The position numbers and the translations under genes were made by a program. A stretch of 64,000 bases of DNA from Asterias rubens (Eukaryota): contig NC_047078.1 of the NCBI RefSeq assembly GCF_902459465.1, positions 9,486,001-9,550,000 of the forward strand, in the 5' to 3' direction. A model generated the notes under the pieces. It searched no databases and had not been told where the DNA came from. It was given only the letters and a program-made list of their open reading frames with translations. Positions 34,350 through 48,100 of this stretch are shown in pieces (within the stretch, counting starts at the first letter, position 1; each line of letters starts with the position of its first letter).

Positions 34350-34632
34350 CAGTGCTAACACACATCGGTGTATGGGTAAAAACCAAAATTAATATTCTTT
34401 ATCCCCGATGCAAATTTAACATCTCTTCTTTGCGGTACCCGCTGCCAAAACATAGGATTCGAACTGCCTGGCTCTAGCTACCGGGCAACCTCAGTAGTCT
34501 AGTTTGTAAGACTTTGCTCTAGAATTGCAAGGGTCGTGGGTTCGAATCCCACCCGAGTAACATGCCTGTGATATTTTTTCACAGGACTCGGGAAAGTACT
34601 GAGTATACAGTGCTAATACACATCGGTGTATA
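34350..34632 (+). mobile_element. tRNA-derived repeat family G, about 1.1 units with terminal direct repeat (unit about 258 bp)
   Basis: cagtgctaa(c/t)acacatcggtgtat at 34350 and 34608; central tRNA-like core with perfect box B GGTTCGAATCC. Confidence 0.78.
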
Positions 34633-35149
34633 AATAAAATACAACATTCATAATTAGTTCTTGTTGACTTAGTTTCTTAGTCGAGGCCTTCACCTCGAGT
34701 TGTCGTTTTGAAGTCAAACCCCTTTTCACAGAGATGTACAGCCGTAACCTACAGACTGGTTTAGAAATAGTGTTGTAAATTGTTGCTGTTGTTTGTGCTG
34801 CTGTTGTTTTCTGGTGGTGGTGGTGGTGGTGGTGGTGGTATCGTGGTGATGTTAATATTTTAGTCTTACATCATGACTATACATTCTAGTCCTCATAATA
34901 TCAATAATTTTAATATGGTGCCCTCAGCCAGCGGTCAAAAGACGATTGCTCATTAGACTGAACATCTTACGTCACACTTCGAGGCTCGTGAATTACACCA
35001 GATACCAGCCTTAAGCCTACGTCAATCCCCTTCCAAAAGCACATTCAACCTCGCACTCATTTCACATGGAGATTTGCAGTCAAATCCTACGTACATGTAT
35101 AATACACATTATGCACGCTGCATGCAGACGATCGACCGAACTTAGTGCA

Positions 35150-35910
35150 GCCGCCAAACACCATCTCGGACCAATCAAACAGATATAAATCTGACGTCAT
35201 TGCAAGTTTGTCAAATGAAATCATTGTATCCAATGAAGTGACTGTCTGTAAAACAAGTCCCTGTCTTTATCCTTGCGGATAAAAGGAAGTTTGCTCATTG
35301 GCCAACCCTGTGCGTCGCGCACACAAAGATCATGCGTTTTCCATTGTGTCATCATTGTTTTACCTCTAAAATGGCGGCGTGATGACGTCAATGCATAACG
35401 TCCATTGACACGTGGTCCGATTCAAACGGCCTCCCATCCGAAATCGATGAACAAACGCAAACTTTAGACCTTTATCACGCTGTCACCATCTTGGTCATGT
35501 TCCCTGTTTCCAATAATAGTAATGAATGCTAACATTCATCGCGCAGACATGGCACCAGACTATTATTTCGTCCAGCCTCAGTTTGGTTACAATGAGTTGG
35601 AATTGAGTAAAATCAAGATGGCAACACCGTGGTAAAGGTCTATTTACTTCCAACGTCACTTTAAATCTTGACTCATCCATTATTGCAGTTCAGCACGGCT
35701 ATTAAACTCCTTTAAGTTATCAGTGAAGGCTGAATGGGTTTAACACGCAGAGGGGAAAGGACATCCCATGTCATCAGGGTGTCGCGATTGATTGTCCCGC
35801 TATTGTCCTATGAATAAAACAAGAGAGTAATAGATCTTCACTATACCTGACATGGTAAGGGGCTCACCAGACAAAGGGGTTTATATAGCTGTGTCGTTAT
35901 CAGAACGCGC
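35150..35910 (+). promoter_or_regulatory. Promoter of the Ig/FN3 gene
   Basis: CCAAT at about 35171, CRE palindromes TGACGTCA at 35192 and 35383, YY1-like AAAATGGCG at about 35368, TATATA at 35882-35887, about 310 bp upstream of the signal-peptide ATG. Confidence 0.5.
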
Positions 35911-36193
35911 CAGAAGGCTCTAGTGAAACGCGAAGTCGAAGTCTCCCCCACCCACACCATGACACTTTCGCGCTGTGGAGAGAAGTATACATACCGTCAA
36001 TTGCAACACACTTAACCCCATTGCGACACTCATATCTCATCAACCCCAGCTATTAATACCGTTGGTTTTCATCACTCCTGCATAACCTTCGTGGGTATGA
36101 TGTTGTAAAGAGCTCGTGTGAATTGCATGATATCAAGCGTAACAATCTTATATTGTTTCATTGTTGAGCCGTTAGTTCTTCGAGGCAATACAC

Positions 36194-39100
36194 ATGGATC
36201 ATCAGAGAGTGCTTCTCCTTACGATGTTAATCACCATTACAGTGCCTATAAGTAAGTAGAAATTCTCTTCCATTGACTATTTAGAATTTATCTAACCGTT
36301 TGAATCTAACAGAGCCATGGATGGACACAATTTTATAGAGCTGCTTATGCTGACAAAATTCCTTGACAGATTTCTGCTAAGAGCAGAAATGAGACGGATA
36401 CAATCACAAATTGTTCAAAGTGATGTGGTACTTTGGCTGATACCCTTATTCTGGTAAACATACATTTGTCAGCAGGCATTTTTGTTTATACTTTCGTTAC
36501 TAAAAGGTACATTACATAATTGTTGTTTTGCTAATAAAACATTTGCTGGCAATAAACATTATAGTAATGTAATCATATAGCTCTATGAATGTACTCCACC
36601 AAAACCATAAACTGGCAAACCTGTTGAAGTTTGAGATCGATCGGTCATCTGGGTCAAATAAATAAAACGCTCACTGAGCGATAAACTCGAATGGGAAATT
36701 AGTTTCATATATTATTTCTCATCAAATATGACATTTCAGACACAAATATTTCAAGGGATGTTTTCTACTATCATTATCATTGACCGTGTAAGTTTTATGT
36801 AAATCTGTGATCTGAGACGTTTTTTGTTTTCAATGTACTCGTTTTTAACGCATTATTATTTGAACTAGTACTTAATTTTTCGTCGATTGAATTGAAAAGT
36901 TGTAACATTTATTTCTGATACAGAGCGTCTTAATTAAAGAGCACAACTATTTCGTCAATATACAATCGGGTTAAGGTTAAATTACACACGCCATTGCACC
37001 GACTGAGGACAGCAGGGGCCTTTATAGGTCTGTCTATGTAATTAACACAGCCTGGTCAGTTCATTTGCAGTCTGCATAAAATTTAATTGTGATCCTAATA
37101 TTCCCAAAGGGAGAAACAGCCGTGTACTTTCATTGAGGGGTGTCAGGAATAGGCGTGGTTTACTGGACATCCTCTTTATGGCAGTGGTCAAGCAAGGCCT
37201 ATACTTAAACTGAATACGTTAAAGGGGTTTTCCCATTCATATAAATTGTAGAGGATTATACTGTTTGATTTTGAATCTTGTCTATTTGCTCCCCTTAATG
37301 CACGTGTTTACTCCGCATGGTTCTGTGTCTTAAAGAAAACTCAGATTGTTACTCAACCTGTGGCGAGTAAGCTTGAAGTCGAGTTATGTAAAGACGTTCA
37401 GCTTTATTTTCCCAACCTACATATAAATTACTGCTCCCCCCCAAAAAAAATAGTTAACGAGATCAATTATTTCATAGAGCTGCCTGAACAGAAAATATTG
37501 CTTAACAATTTCTGCTGAGCAGAAAATAATGAGCAGGATACCAGTCACAAAATGTTCGTACATGTGATATGGTATTTTGTCTGCAAACTTTATTCTGGTA
37601 AGCAAAAATGTGTTGTGCTTAGGCTACTGTTTGTGTTTAAGCACCTCTATGAAATTTTGCTCTGTGGTTGGTTAGCATTTGTAATTTACGAGTCTGTAGG
37701 CTAAAACCCGAATTAGTCACTGAATAATTACAGTTGATCAGTGGACTGAACATGGCCCAATCCTTTTCTCGTCTCTTACTCAATATTTGTTGTTTGAATA
37801 CCCCTTTTAGCAGAATGAAATGTATACGTTAAGGCGCCTAATCTAACACGTGTACTTCCTCCACACCAATTGTTTACTATACATAATTGATATAGATTAT
37901 AGAAAACTTGACCGGGAAACCCTGTCACACTTCCCTAAAAAATATTTGCATAACATTTCTACCCTTGATGCGCCTGCGGTAAAACCACATCTATACAGAA
38001 GGGGCGCGTTTGCGGTGATAATATATGATTGGTGGACTCAAAGTGTACGTAAGCTTAATTTATGCATTTATTCGTGAAAATATAGCGATATGATAGGTGG
38101 ACTTAAAGTTTAAATAATGTATGCAATAACTCATGCAAATATGTGGACTCAAAGTTACAATGCAGTGATATGATTGGTGGACTCAAAGTTTACGTAAAAG
38201 CTTATTATGTATGCATTTATTCATGCAACAGGGTGATATGATTAATGTGGACTCAAAGTTTACGTATAAGCTCATTATGTATGCATTTTATTCATGCAAA
38301 TAGGGGGATCGATAGATGCAGGTAAACATTATATTATCGCATCTCTTAAGTTGTTAAAATTGAAATGAAGCTCATAATAAGCAATGAAAACAGTGATTAC
38401 CATAGCATACAGTCAGTCATGTCCTTTCTATTATACAACGTCACAGCCATGTCTTTGCCATCCAAGGTTAGAAAACTATAAAGGAAAGCCAAATAATGCA
38501 TAACCAAAACAGTTTATTATTTCAGATAGATTTTTTTCACAGAACTCGGGAAAGTACTGAGATATAAAGTGCTTATACACACATCGGTGTATATGGGTTA
38601 AAAAGCAGTGGACACTACTGGTAATTACTCAAAATAATTACTAGCGTAAAACCTTACTTGGTAACAAGTAATGGGACGAGGTTAATAGTATAAAACATTG
38701 TGAGAAACGGCTCCCTCTGAAGTGACGTAGTCTTCGAGAAAGAAGTAATTTTCCACGAATTTGATTTAGAGGTCTCAAGTTTAGAATTTGAGGTCTTTAA
38801 ATCAAGCATCTGAAAGCACACAACTTCGTGTGACCAGGGTATTTTTTCTTTCATAGTTATCTAGCAACTTAGATGACCAATTAAAGAGCTCATATTTTCA
38901 CAGGTTTGTCATTTTATGCATATGTTGAGATCAAGGGGGAAGACTTGTCTTTGACAGTTATCAATAGTGTCCAGTGCCTTTAAGCCAAAAAGAATATTCT
39001 TTATCCCGGTGCAAATTTACATCTATCAAAACAGATTGGCTAAACCTGTTTGTAACTACCTTATACACAAATATTAAAAATAGTGATGAATTTGTTGGAA

Positions 39101-42100
39101 ACAAAGCAACCAATCAAGGGAGATGTTGATCTGATCTCAAGTTCGTGGTATCAAAATGACATGAAAATAATATATTTTTGAGTTTTTGTGAAAATAACCG
39201 ATGGTTTACAACTCGACGTTTCGATGCTTGTCTTTCCTGGTCTGCAACTGGATAGTTCAACCATTGTGAATCTCCACCATACCTTTATTGCTTATAAAGC
39301 TTATACAAAAGGTTCGGTAACTTTAACTAACTTTTTGTAGACGATACTTTTTACCTAGTGATTGTAAAGGAGAGTTTGCCGAACAGCAGAAGGTGTGGTT
39401 CGTATAGCTTCTATATGAACAACTTAGTTACCGGTTAAACGTCACACTAATAAACATACATAAAATATACTTCCTTCTAATTTATTCATTTATACAAAGT
39501 TTGACCACAAATCAAACAAATTAATTTATCATCTATCAAGCCATGTTGAACTACACCTAAATCATTGGTTATTATCGTCTTCGGACTGCCACCCCCGACT
39601 AACACCTTTTTAGTGCATGGTTGAGGACACTTCGTGCGTCACAAAGTATTTTCTTCTTCTTCTTTTTCTTCTTATTCTTTTTCTGAGGGGGTGGAGCGAC
39701 ACTTTGACATGAACATAACTCTTTCTCAGCCTTGTGATTTTTATGAGGTATAAATTGTGCCTTTACAGTTACTTGTTCTTTGATTCAGCGTGGAGGTAGT
39801 TTTGTAATTATAAATCACAGGGGCCCAATTTCATAGAGCTGCTTAAGCACAAAAAGATGCTAAGCATAGCCAAAGTATGCTGACAAGAATAAGGTTACCA
39901 GCAAAACAACATGTACCATATGTAATTAGTATTCTGCTCATTTCTGCTAAGCAGAGAGTTGTTAAGCAATAATTTTCGGCTTTTGGAAATTATGCCCCGG
40001 ACTATTCGTCCTTGAGCTTTGTTGGGGGAAAAAAATGCAAGGTGATAGTTCATGGGGCTTTTATTTCTGAAAAAGAGTGCGCATTAAAATGAGGTGAACT
40101 TACACTGCCATCATGACGAAAAGTTGATGTTAAATTGATTGGCTACAACTTAGGACCAATTTGCGTGTTTTAAGGAGGTCGAACATAGTGCCTTTGTCAA
40201 TGTTCTCATTTCATAGACCATTAGTTTCACCATGTAAATATAGAGTTAAATTGATTGGCTACAATTCTTAGGACCAATTTGCGTGTTTTAAGGAGGTCTA
40301 ACATAGTGCCTTTGTCAATGTTCTCATTTCATAGACCATTAGTTTCACCATGTAAATATAGAGTTTTATTAATTTCATGCTTCACCTCAAACCCTGATTG
40401 AACTGACAAAGCCTTCACAACTGATGGTCCGAAATTGTGGAACATTATACAATCCCACATCAGATCTTATCTTGACTCTTATTGCTAAGCGCTATGATTT
40501 TATAATAACAATAATGTCGAGGTATTATATACCGCACGTAACTACAAAGGCGCTTTATATACATTTTTACAGAAAGATAGGTTATTGAAGTTATGAATTT
40601 TGAGACAAGAACACCTGGGTGGGCCGCTTCTTTTTTCGATAACTGCACTGGGTTTTTTTACGTGCATTACACAACACACGAGACCAACGGCTTTACGTCC
40701 CATCCGAAGGACGAAGCAATGGTTAAATGCCTTGCGGACACAGGTGTCACGACTGGGACTCGAACCCGTGGTCTAGAGCGAAATTTCGCTGTTCAAGTCC
40801 TGTTATTAATGTTGTTAATATTATCTCCAAAGTTTCATAATAATATTTGTTTCGGTTGTAGTTACAGCAGCCAAGAGGCAAGATATCGTCATAGGCTCCA
40901 CTACATTTTCACTGACGGAGCGGGTGCAGAAATGTATGGAGATGCTTCGACTCAGGGTGAGGAACAGTGCCAACCCGGGCGGCGATATGCAGAAGTGCCT
41001 TCGGCAGATGACTACTACTCGAGGTAAGACATCTTGGATCCATCAACGATCTTAAAGGCACTGGACACTTTTGATGAAACTAGTAAAGAATACATTTACC
41101 ATTGTTATATGGAAAACTTTGTAACATAAGGTGGCGGCAGACTTATCAGGTAACTTCCATTGTCTTACGTAGTTCTTACTTGCGCTCATTACTGAAAACG
41201 ATGGATTTTGTACCTCAATATTAAAGTCGCTGGCTGGTATGGTTCAACTGTTTACTTGTTATCAGTTGTGTTGTTTAAAGGCACTGGACACGTTTGTTAA
41301 TTGTCAATAATTGGTGCATCAAATAACAAAACTTTGAAAAGTTTGACTCGATATTGGTCATCGAAGTTGCAAGAGAATATAATGCAAGAAAAAACACACG
41401 TGATGCATTACTTTGTGAGCTTTCAGATGCCTAATCTATTTGAGTGAGAAATTACCTCTTTTTATGAGTGGTGGACGCCCCGTTGCAGCTTTAAAAGATA
41501 TATAAAACATTATACATTTCTCATTTTTCTGTTTTCTTCTCAGCTCCAAATGAAACTTATTTTAACAACTTAGATTCTGAGTTGTTGGTTGCAGAGGAGG
41601 GTAGTACGGCTCTATTGGAATGTGAAATAGTCAATCTAGGAAACAAGGACGTGTCATGGAAGAGACGGGGAAAAAGTAAGTCATAAAACTCTTGTGTTAA
41701 ATTGGAACAAACTTATGCTTATTTTTGTGTGTTTAATCATTGTTAAAGGCAAAATATACAATACGTGTTTACGTCATTCCACTCGTTGTTATATTAAAAG
41801 TTGATGGCAGTTTGGGGGTTTGCAGATAAAAAAGGGGAAAATCATCCGGGATTAAATCCATTGAGAACACTGTATTCGACTCATTAAGTTTGGCAGGAAT
41901 TCATATTTTGCTTGTTGCATCGGGTCCTATGGTGACCCCATTTATTTTTATCTCATTCTGCTCATTCTAATCTTTATATAAACAAGAATAATATTAAAAG
42001 TCGATGGCAGTTTTTGGTCTAAAAAGGTCTGCAGTTAGAAAAGGGAAAAATCATTAGGGAATAAATCCATTGATAACACTGTATTTCGACTCAGTAGGTT

Positions 42101-45100
42101 TTGCAATAGTTCATGTTCACGTCGCATCGGATCCAAGGGTGACTCCGTTGTTTGCCTCATTCTAATCTTTATATAAACAAGAATAATATTGAAAGTCGAT
42201 GGCAGTTTTTGGTCTAAAAAAGGGGAAAATCATCCGGGAATAAATCCATTGAGAACACTGTATTTCGACTCGTTATGTTTTGCAATAATTCATGTTCACG
42301 TTGCATCGGGTCCAAGGGTGACTCTGTTGTTTACCTCATTCTAATCTTTATATAAACAAGAAAAATATTAAAAGTCGATGGCAGTTTTGGGTCTGCAGAT
42401 GGAAAAAAAAGGAAAATCCTCAGAGAATGTGTCAACCGAGAACACTGTATTCCGACTCATTAGGTTTTGACACGGAGAGCGCCCGGTTGTAATCAGTGCA
42501 GAACACCGGTCCCTTGAGCTCGACGCTCGGGGTTTTGGTCCGGGGTGTGAGAGTCGTTTTACGGGCTCTGTTTGCGTGTGGCGAACCATACTGTCAGGGC
42601 GCATACTGGTACTGGGTGTTTATAACTGTACAGATGGGCGATTATGCGGAGAATTATAGCGTGACAGATGAATTGGGGATGAGAGAATTGTTCAGTTTTA
42701 TTTAATTCCCTTTGGTTGTGTATGAAAGCATTTACCAAAATAAATTGGGGTGGACCCAATTTCGTGTATAGGCATAACCTACATAGGCCCCTAATGGTTT
42801 ACCAGGTTTCCATTTCAATTTGGATCAGGTGTACCACTGGACCAATGGTCATGCTCACCTCGGCCTAATTTCTAGTACTTTACGTTCAAGCTAAAATAAA
42901 GTTCGTCTCCTGAGACGAAAACTATTTTCGTGACATTGTTTAATGTAAATCTTTGAACATTATGTTTTGTGTTACAAAAAGTACCCAAAGGTACCCAAAT
43001 ACTGCTTGGTAGGTATCTTTGCTATAGGAAAAAAGAGTGGTGCACCAGTTTCATTAAATGTAAACTTTATGGAATTTCGGCTGGTAACCGGACTCCTTAT
43101 CAACACAAGATATTATGGTGGACAAGGATGGTTTTGTTTAAAGGCACTGGACACCTTTGGTAATTGGCAAAGACCAGTCTTCTCACTTGGACGGTGTATC
43201 TCCTCAACATATGCTCAAAATAACGAAGCAGTGAAAGATTGGAGATAATAATGAAAGAAGAAAAAAAACTTGTCACACTAAGTTGTGTGCTTTCGGATGC
43301 TTGATATCGAGACCTCAACATCTAATTCTGAGGTCTCGAACTCAAATTCGTGGAAAATTCCTTCTCTCTTATAAACTACGTTACTTCAGAGGGAGCCGTT
43401 TTTCACAATGTTTTATACTATACCAACGGCTCCCCCATTACTCGTTATCAAGTATAAGGTTTTATGCTAATAATTATTTTGAGTAATTACCAATAGTGTG
43501 TATACAGACAGATTTACCTATAAAACAAAATAATGATAGTGTCAGCTATGGTATCTCAAAATGGCTTATGATAGGGCCTATTAACTCAAAATTACTGTTT
43601 TGTTGTATCCATAGCATTGAGTCATATGGAGACATCATATCTACGCGGTAGACGCTTCAAACTGAAGAGAGTAAACTCTACCTTTAGTATCCGTATTGAG
43701 GGAGTCGTCAAGTCTGATGCCGGTGATTACAAGTGCCAAGTACTATCTAGAACCTCAACAATCGAGAGGATCATCAGACTGGAGGTACCAAGTAAGTGGG
43801 AGGATCCATTTCATAAAGCTGTTAAGCAGAACGAACTGCGAACTGCGAACTGCTTAGCACATTTTGTAAGCTAAGCAAAAAATGGGTTGGGCACCAGTCA
43901 AACAAATATGTAAACTTTATGGACTTTTGGTGGGTATTAAACCAGTTTTCCCGTTTCTCTGTTTTAAATGCAGAATTATAAACTTTCTTGTTTTATCGTT
44001 CCAGAAAACGGCTGTGAGTATTATTTTTGATGTTGTGAACATAGCTAGGTGTTTTCTGTGATAATTTTTGAGACTGGCAAATAATTTTAATTCATACTTT
44101 TTTGCGTAAATACTGTTGCAAGTAATTAACAGAAACACCCCCCCCCCCTTTGAGCAACAATGTTCTGCGATATTTCCCCCCCCCCCCGAAATTGCAATCT
44201 CCTGGCCGAAACAAAATGTCCCTCTCTATTAGAGCTCGTTAAATAACTACTTTTTAAAGGCGTCGTAGGATATGCGGACTAGCTTTTGAATCTTTTACAA
44301 AGGTAGTCCCAAATAATTCATGAAATTCCCGGATACTAAAAGATGAATGACAATCTCTCTTTAGAAACAAAACCATTGCTGTCAAGTGTATGTCTTTTTG
44401 ATGGACGAGTGAGCGCTTGAAACTCCCGTAGGTTCACGATTACTCAATTATTAACTCTTTAACTCTCTAAATGCAAAAGAGTGGAAGGGCACTCTTTGAA
44501 GAGCCATATTGGGGACAACTCTTTTTCGAGTGGTCTTCAACTTTTTTTTTAATGAAGTTTGCATCCTTTTGAGTGATTTGTTCATAATTCTGCCCTGGAG
44601 TGAAACCCCTCTAAAAGAGTGAACTAACCACCAGTTTTTTTAAAGAGCCATTTGAGGGACAACTCGAAATGCAAAGAGTGTTTTTTCATACTTTTCCGTC
44701 TAGAGAGTATATCTCCGGTTTAGGATAAACCGGATTCAAACTCGGCTGTCCCGATCAGCAGAGTCTGGGTTAACCATGCTGATTCGTCCTTCGGATGAGA
44801 CGTAAAGCCGTTGGTCCCGTGTGTTGTATAACATCGTGACGTAAAATAACCCAGTGCATTAGTCAAAACGAGAAGGTGTTCGCCCTGGTGTTCCTGGTTT
44901 GATTGGCAGTATATTGCGCCACACTTTGTAGACCTTTAAAAGGAGTAGGTCTCATAATTCAAACGTAGTCCCCTTGCAGGAAAATTATGGAAGTTTAAAG
45001 CGCCTTTAGCGTCAATGAGTGACGGATATGCGAACTCTAAGACAACTTTTATAATTGTGATTTTCAGGTCTACCGAATATCTTCACCATCGACCCAAGCT

Positions 45101-48100
45101 CGTCTCCATATTTCATCCCATCCGACCCAAACCGGCGCTACTTCAACTCTACATCGGACGCCATTTTGTTTTGCAACGCAACAGGCTCCCCAGAGCCGAA
45201 TGTCACGTGGGAGCGCGTGGATGGCAATTCGTCCAATGGGAGGCTAGGTTTGTGGGGCGATACGGTGTCGTTACGTAACGTAAGTGCGGGAGACGCTGGG
45301 ACGTATAACTGCACGGCTTCAAACGGAGTTGGTGACGTAGAGTTATCAGTGGAAGTTGTGGTTCAGTGTAAGTATGACGTCACAATTTGCTTTAGGCCTA
45401 ACTGTAATAGACGACGTAACGATTCCGCACAGTTTTGCATATTCATAACCATAATCATAATTTGGATCGGGCAATCGTGTAGTTGACTATTTAATTATAT
45501 TTAATATATACATACTGATTATTACACTGCAAAAAAATTGGGGTGTTAAATTGACTCCATGTGTGTTGTCACAATACCGACAAAGGATAATCAAGTAGCA
45601 ACAATTTCTACAACAAAATCGCAATGATGTTATTTAAACACTTTAATATGTTTACTCTGATTCTCAGTCTGCGGTAACTATATGTAACAACACCACTGGT
45701 GTCAATTTTAACACCCAAATATATATATAAAAACACCACCACCAACAATAACAACACCTACTGATGCAGTAACACTTCTCGTATATTTTGTATATTTTTG
45801 CATAACCACATTACTTCGAAGTCTCTCAAAAATTAATGCTTAAAGACAGTGGACACTATTGGTAATTGTCAAAGACTAGCCTTCACAGTTGGTGTATCTC
45901 AACATATGCATGACATAACTTAACTGTGAAAATTTGAGCTCAATTGGTCATCGAAGTTGTGAGATAATAATGAAAGAAGAAGACCTCAAGTTCTAAACTT
46001 GAGGTCTCGAAATCAAATTCGTGGAAAATAACTTCTTTCTCGAAAACTATGGCACTTCAGAGGGAGCCGTTTCTCACAATGTCTTATACCATCAACCTCT
46101 CCCCATTACTCGTCACCAAGAAAGGTTTTATGCCAATAATTATTTTGAGTAATTACCAATAGTGTCCACTGCCTTTAAACTATCGAAAGCTGCTGTAGGC
46201 TTCTAGCAAAAAGTTGTTATTGGCATTATTTTTCAGAGTTATAACTAAATGCATGGTACCCCAAAACCCAAGAAGGAAAACATACACTTAATTATGATTC
46301 AGCGATCCGCAGCGAGACTATGTTTCAACAACTACTCAAGGGAGGCTAGTGTCTCAGAAATGATTACCAAACTCAACTGGCACCAGCTTGAGGGGGGGTG
46401 TCGTCTCATTCCAAGGCTCGCTATGATGTTTCTCATCCTACACAACCTCGTCGATATAACCTGTGAGGTGGGTTTCGAAACCCACCTCACTAAACCAAGC
46501 AACACGCCCTACTAAAAGAACCCATCCACTCTCACTCATGCAACTTCAAGCCAGGACAACAATTTACGCCAACACTTTGTTTTCACAGGGACTCTACCAC
46601 ACTGGAATGGACTCCCCCACACTATCCTAGATTTGAAAGATTATAAAGCCTTCAAGACAGCGATTAAAGCACACTTTATTTAGACATCTCCACTAGGTCA
46701 TTGGTCAGGTCATATAACTCTGATGCGATTCGGGTATCCGTTTTGATTGGAGTACAATATATCCAGATCCAGAAATGAATACCTTCTCTATGAAACTGTG
46801 CCAAGTAGGTTGCTTACTTAGGCCGTGTCCGAAACGACGACTTCGGCTACAGTTACGTCTAGATCAGCGCGTCTACCAGTGTTGAAGAATAGGCAGACGC
46901 GCGCGATCTAGCCGTAGCTGTAGCCGAAGTCGCCGTTTCGGACACGGCCATGGTATGATATATTGGTGAGGAGCACTGAGCATCTATTTTTAATCGCTTG
47001 GATCGATGTAAAACATTTATCCGTCGTTTGTTAATCTTGACATTGACAAATAATATTCATATCCAAGACTGACAGGTGGGTTGGGAAAAGCACTCATTAC
47101 GACAGATCTTACCGTACCACGTACCTCGGTAGCGACACCCTGAGCGGGGGTTTTGACGCCTCTGAACGGTATAGGGAAGACTTGCAAATCATGGTAGCTG
47201 CTCGGAGTTGAGACGTGTATTCAGGCTCCCTTAGGATGACACTGCCATACGTCACTGTCTTTTATGACACCTCTATGGCTGGGAATGAGGGGTTTGGTTT
47301 GTCAAGTACAGGCAGTAACAGCTAGCTGTCTTGATAAATCCACGTCAAACTTGTTTTGGACCACGGCCAGGCTCCTTGCAAGATTTATAAACTCACTGCT
47401 TACCTGTAGCCTAAAATAATTGTTTGTATCCATTTTGTGAACAACCGTTTGAACACAACTGGTAGAAGTTATTTCAAAGTTATAATTTTAAACAATCACT
47501 GTTTAGTTTGTTGAATACATGATTTGCAAATGACAGTAAAGTTAGCTTGGTATTGGATATTGAACATTCACTTGGGTTTTTGCATCGAATATCAATGTTG
47601 CTTTTTCCTTATTGGACATTGGCCATTCAAATATGTTTGTACACGTCAATTTTTGATATTGGACACTGGACATTCAAAGAGGTTTGTACAGCAGTGACTG
47701 TCTGCCTTGTACATCTATTTTGAACATTGGGGATTCAAATAGGTTTGTACACATCGAATATCAATGTTGCTTCGATATTGGACATTGGACATAATGTTCG
47801 TACAATGAATGTCTATACGATTTACATATTGGATAACGGATATTATCTGCACAGAGTTACTTATGTTGTGTATCATTTTGTGTATTTGTAACAAAATGTG
47901 ACTGGTTTTTTTTCGGGTTTTTATATTTTATAAAAGTAACAATAATATTTGCAGCTTTAATCTGTCAGTGCAGTTCAGTTAGGCGCATGTTGTGGTGCCC
48001 ACTGCAACGAATATTAGATCATTAAGCACATCTCATTCAAACATTTCTAGGAATTGGAATAAAAGGTTTCTATAGAGCAGGTTGTCTGCCAAACTCCATC

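Noticed and set aside
38022-38305. Repeat-spacer-like pattern (CRISPR-like)
   Set aside because: The intervening segments are homologous to each other, so this is a minisatellite; eukaryotic context with no cas genes. The same applies to 47545-47830.
40593-41027. 144-aa ORF
   Set aside because: Starts in an antisense SINE copy and crosses Ig-gene exon 2 in the wrong frame; the frame compatible with flanking phase-1 junctions is a different one.
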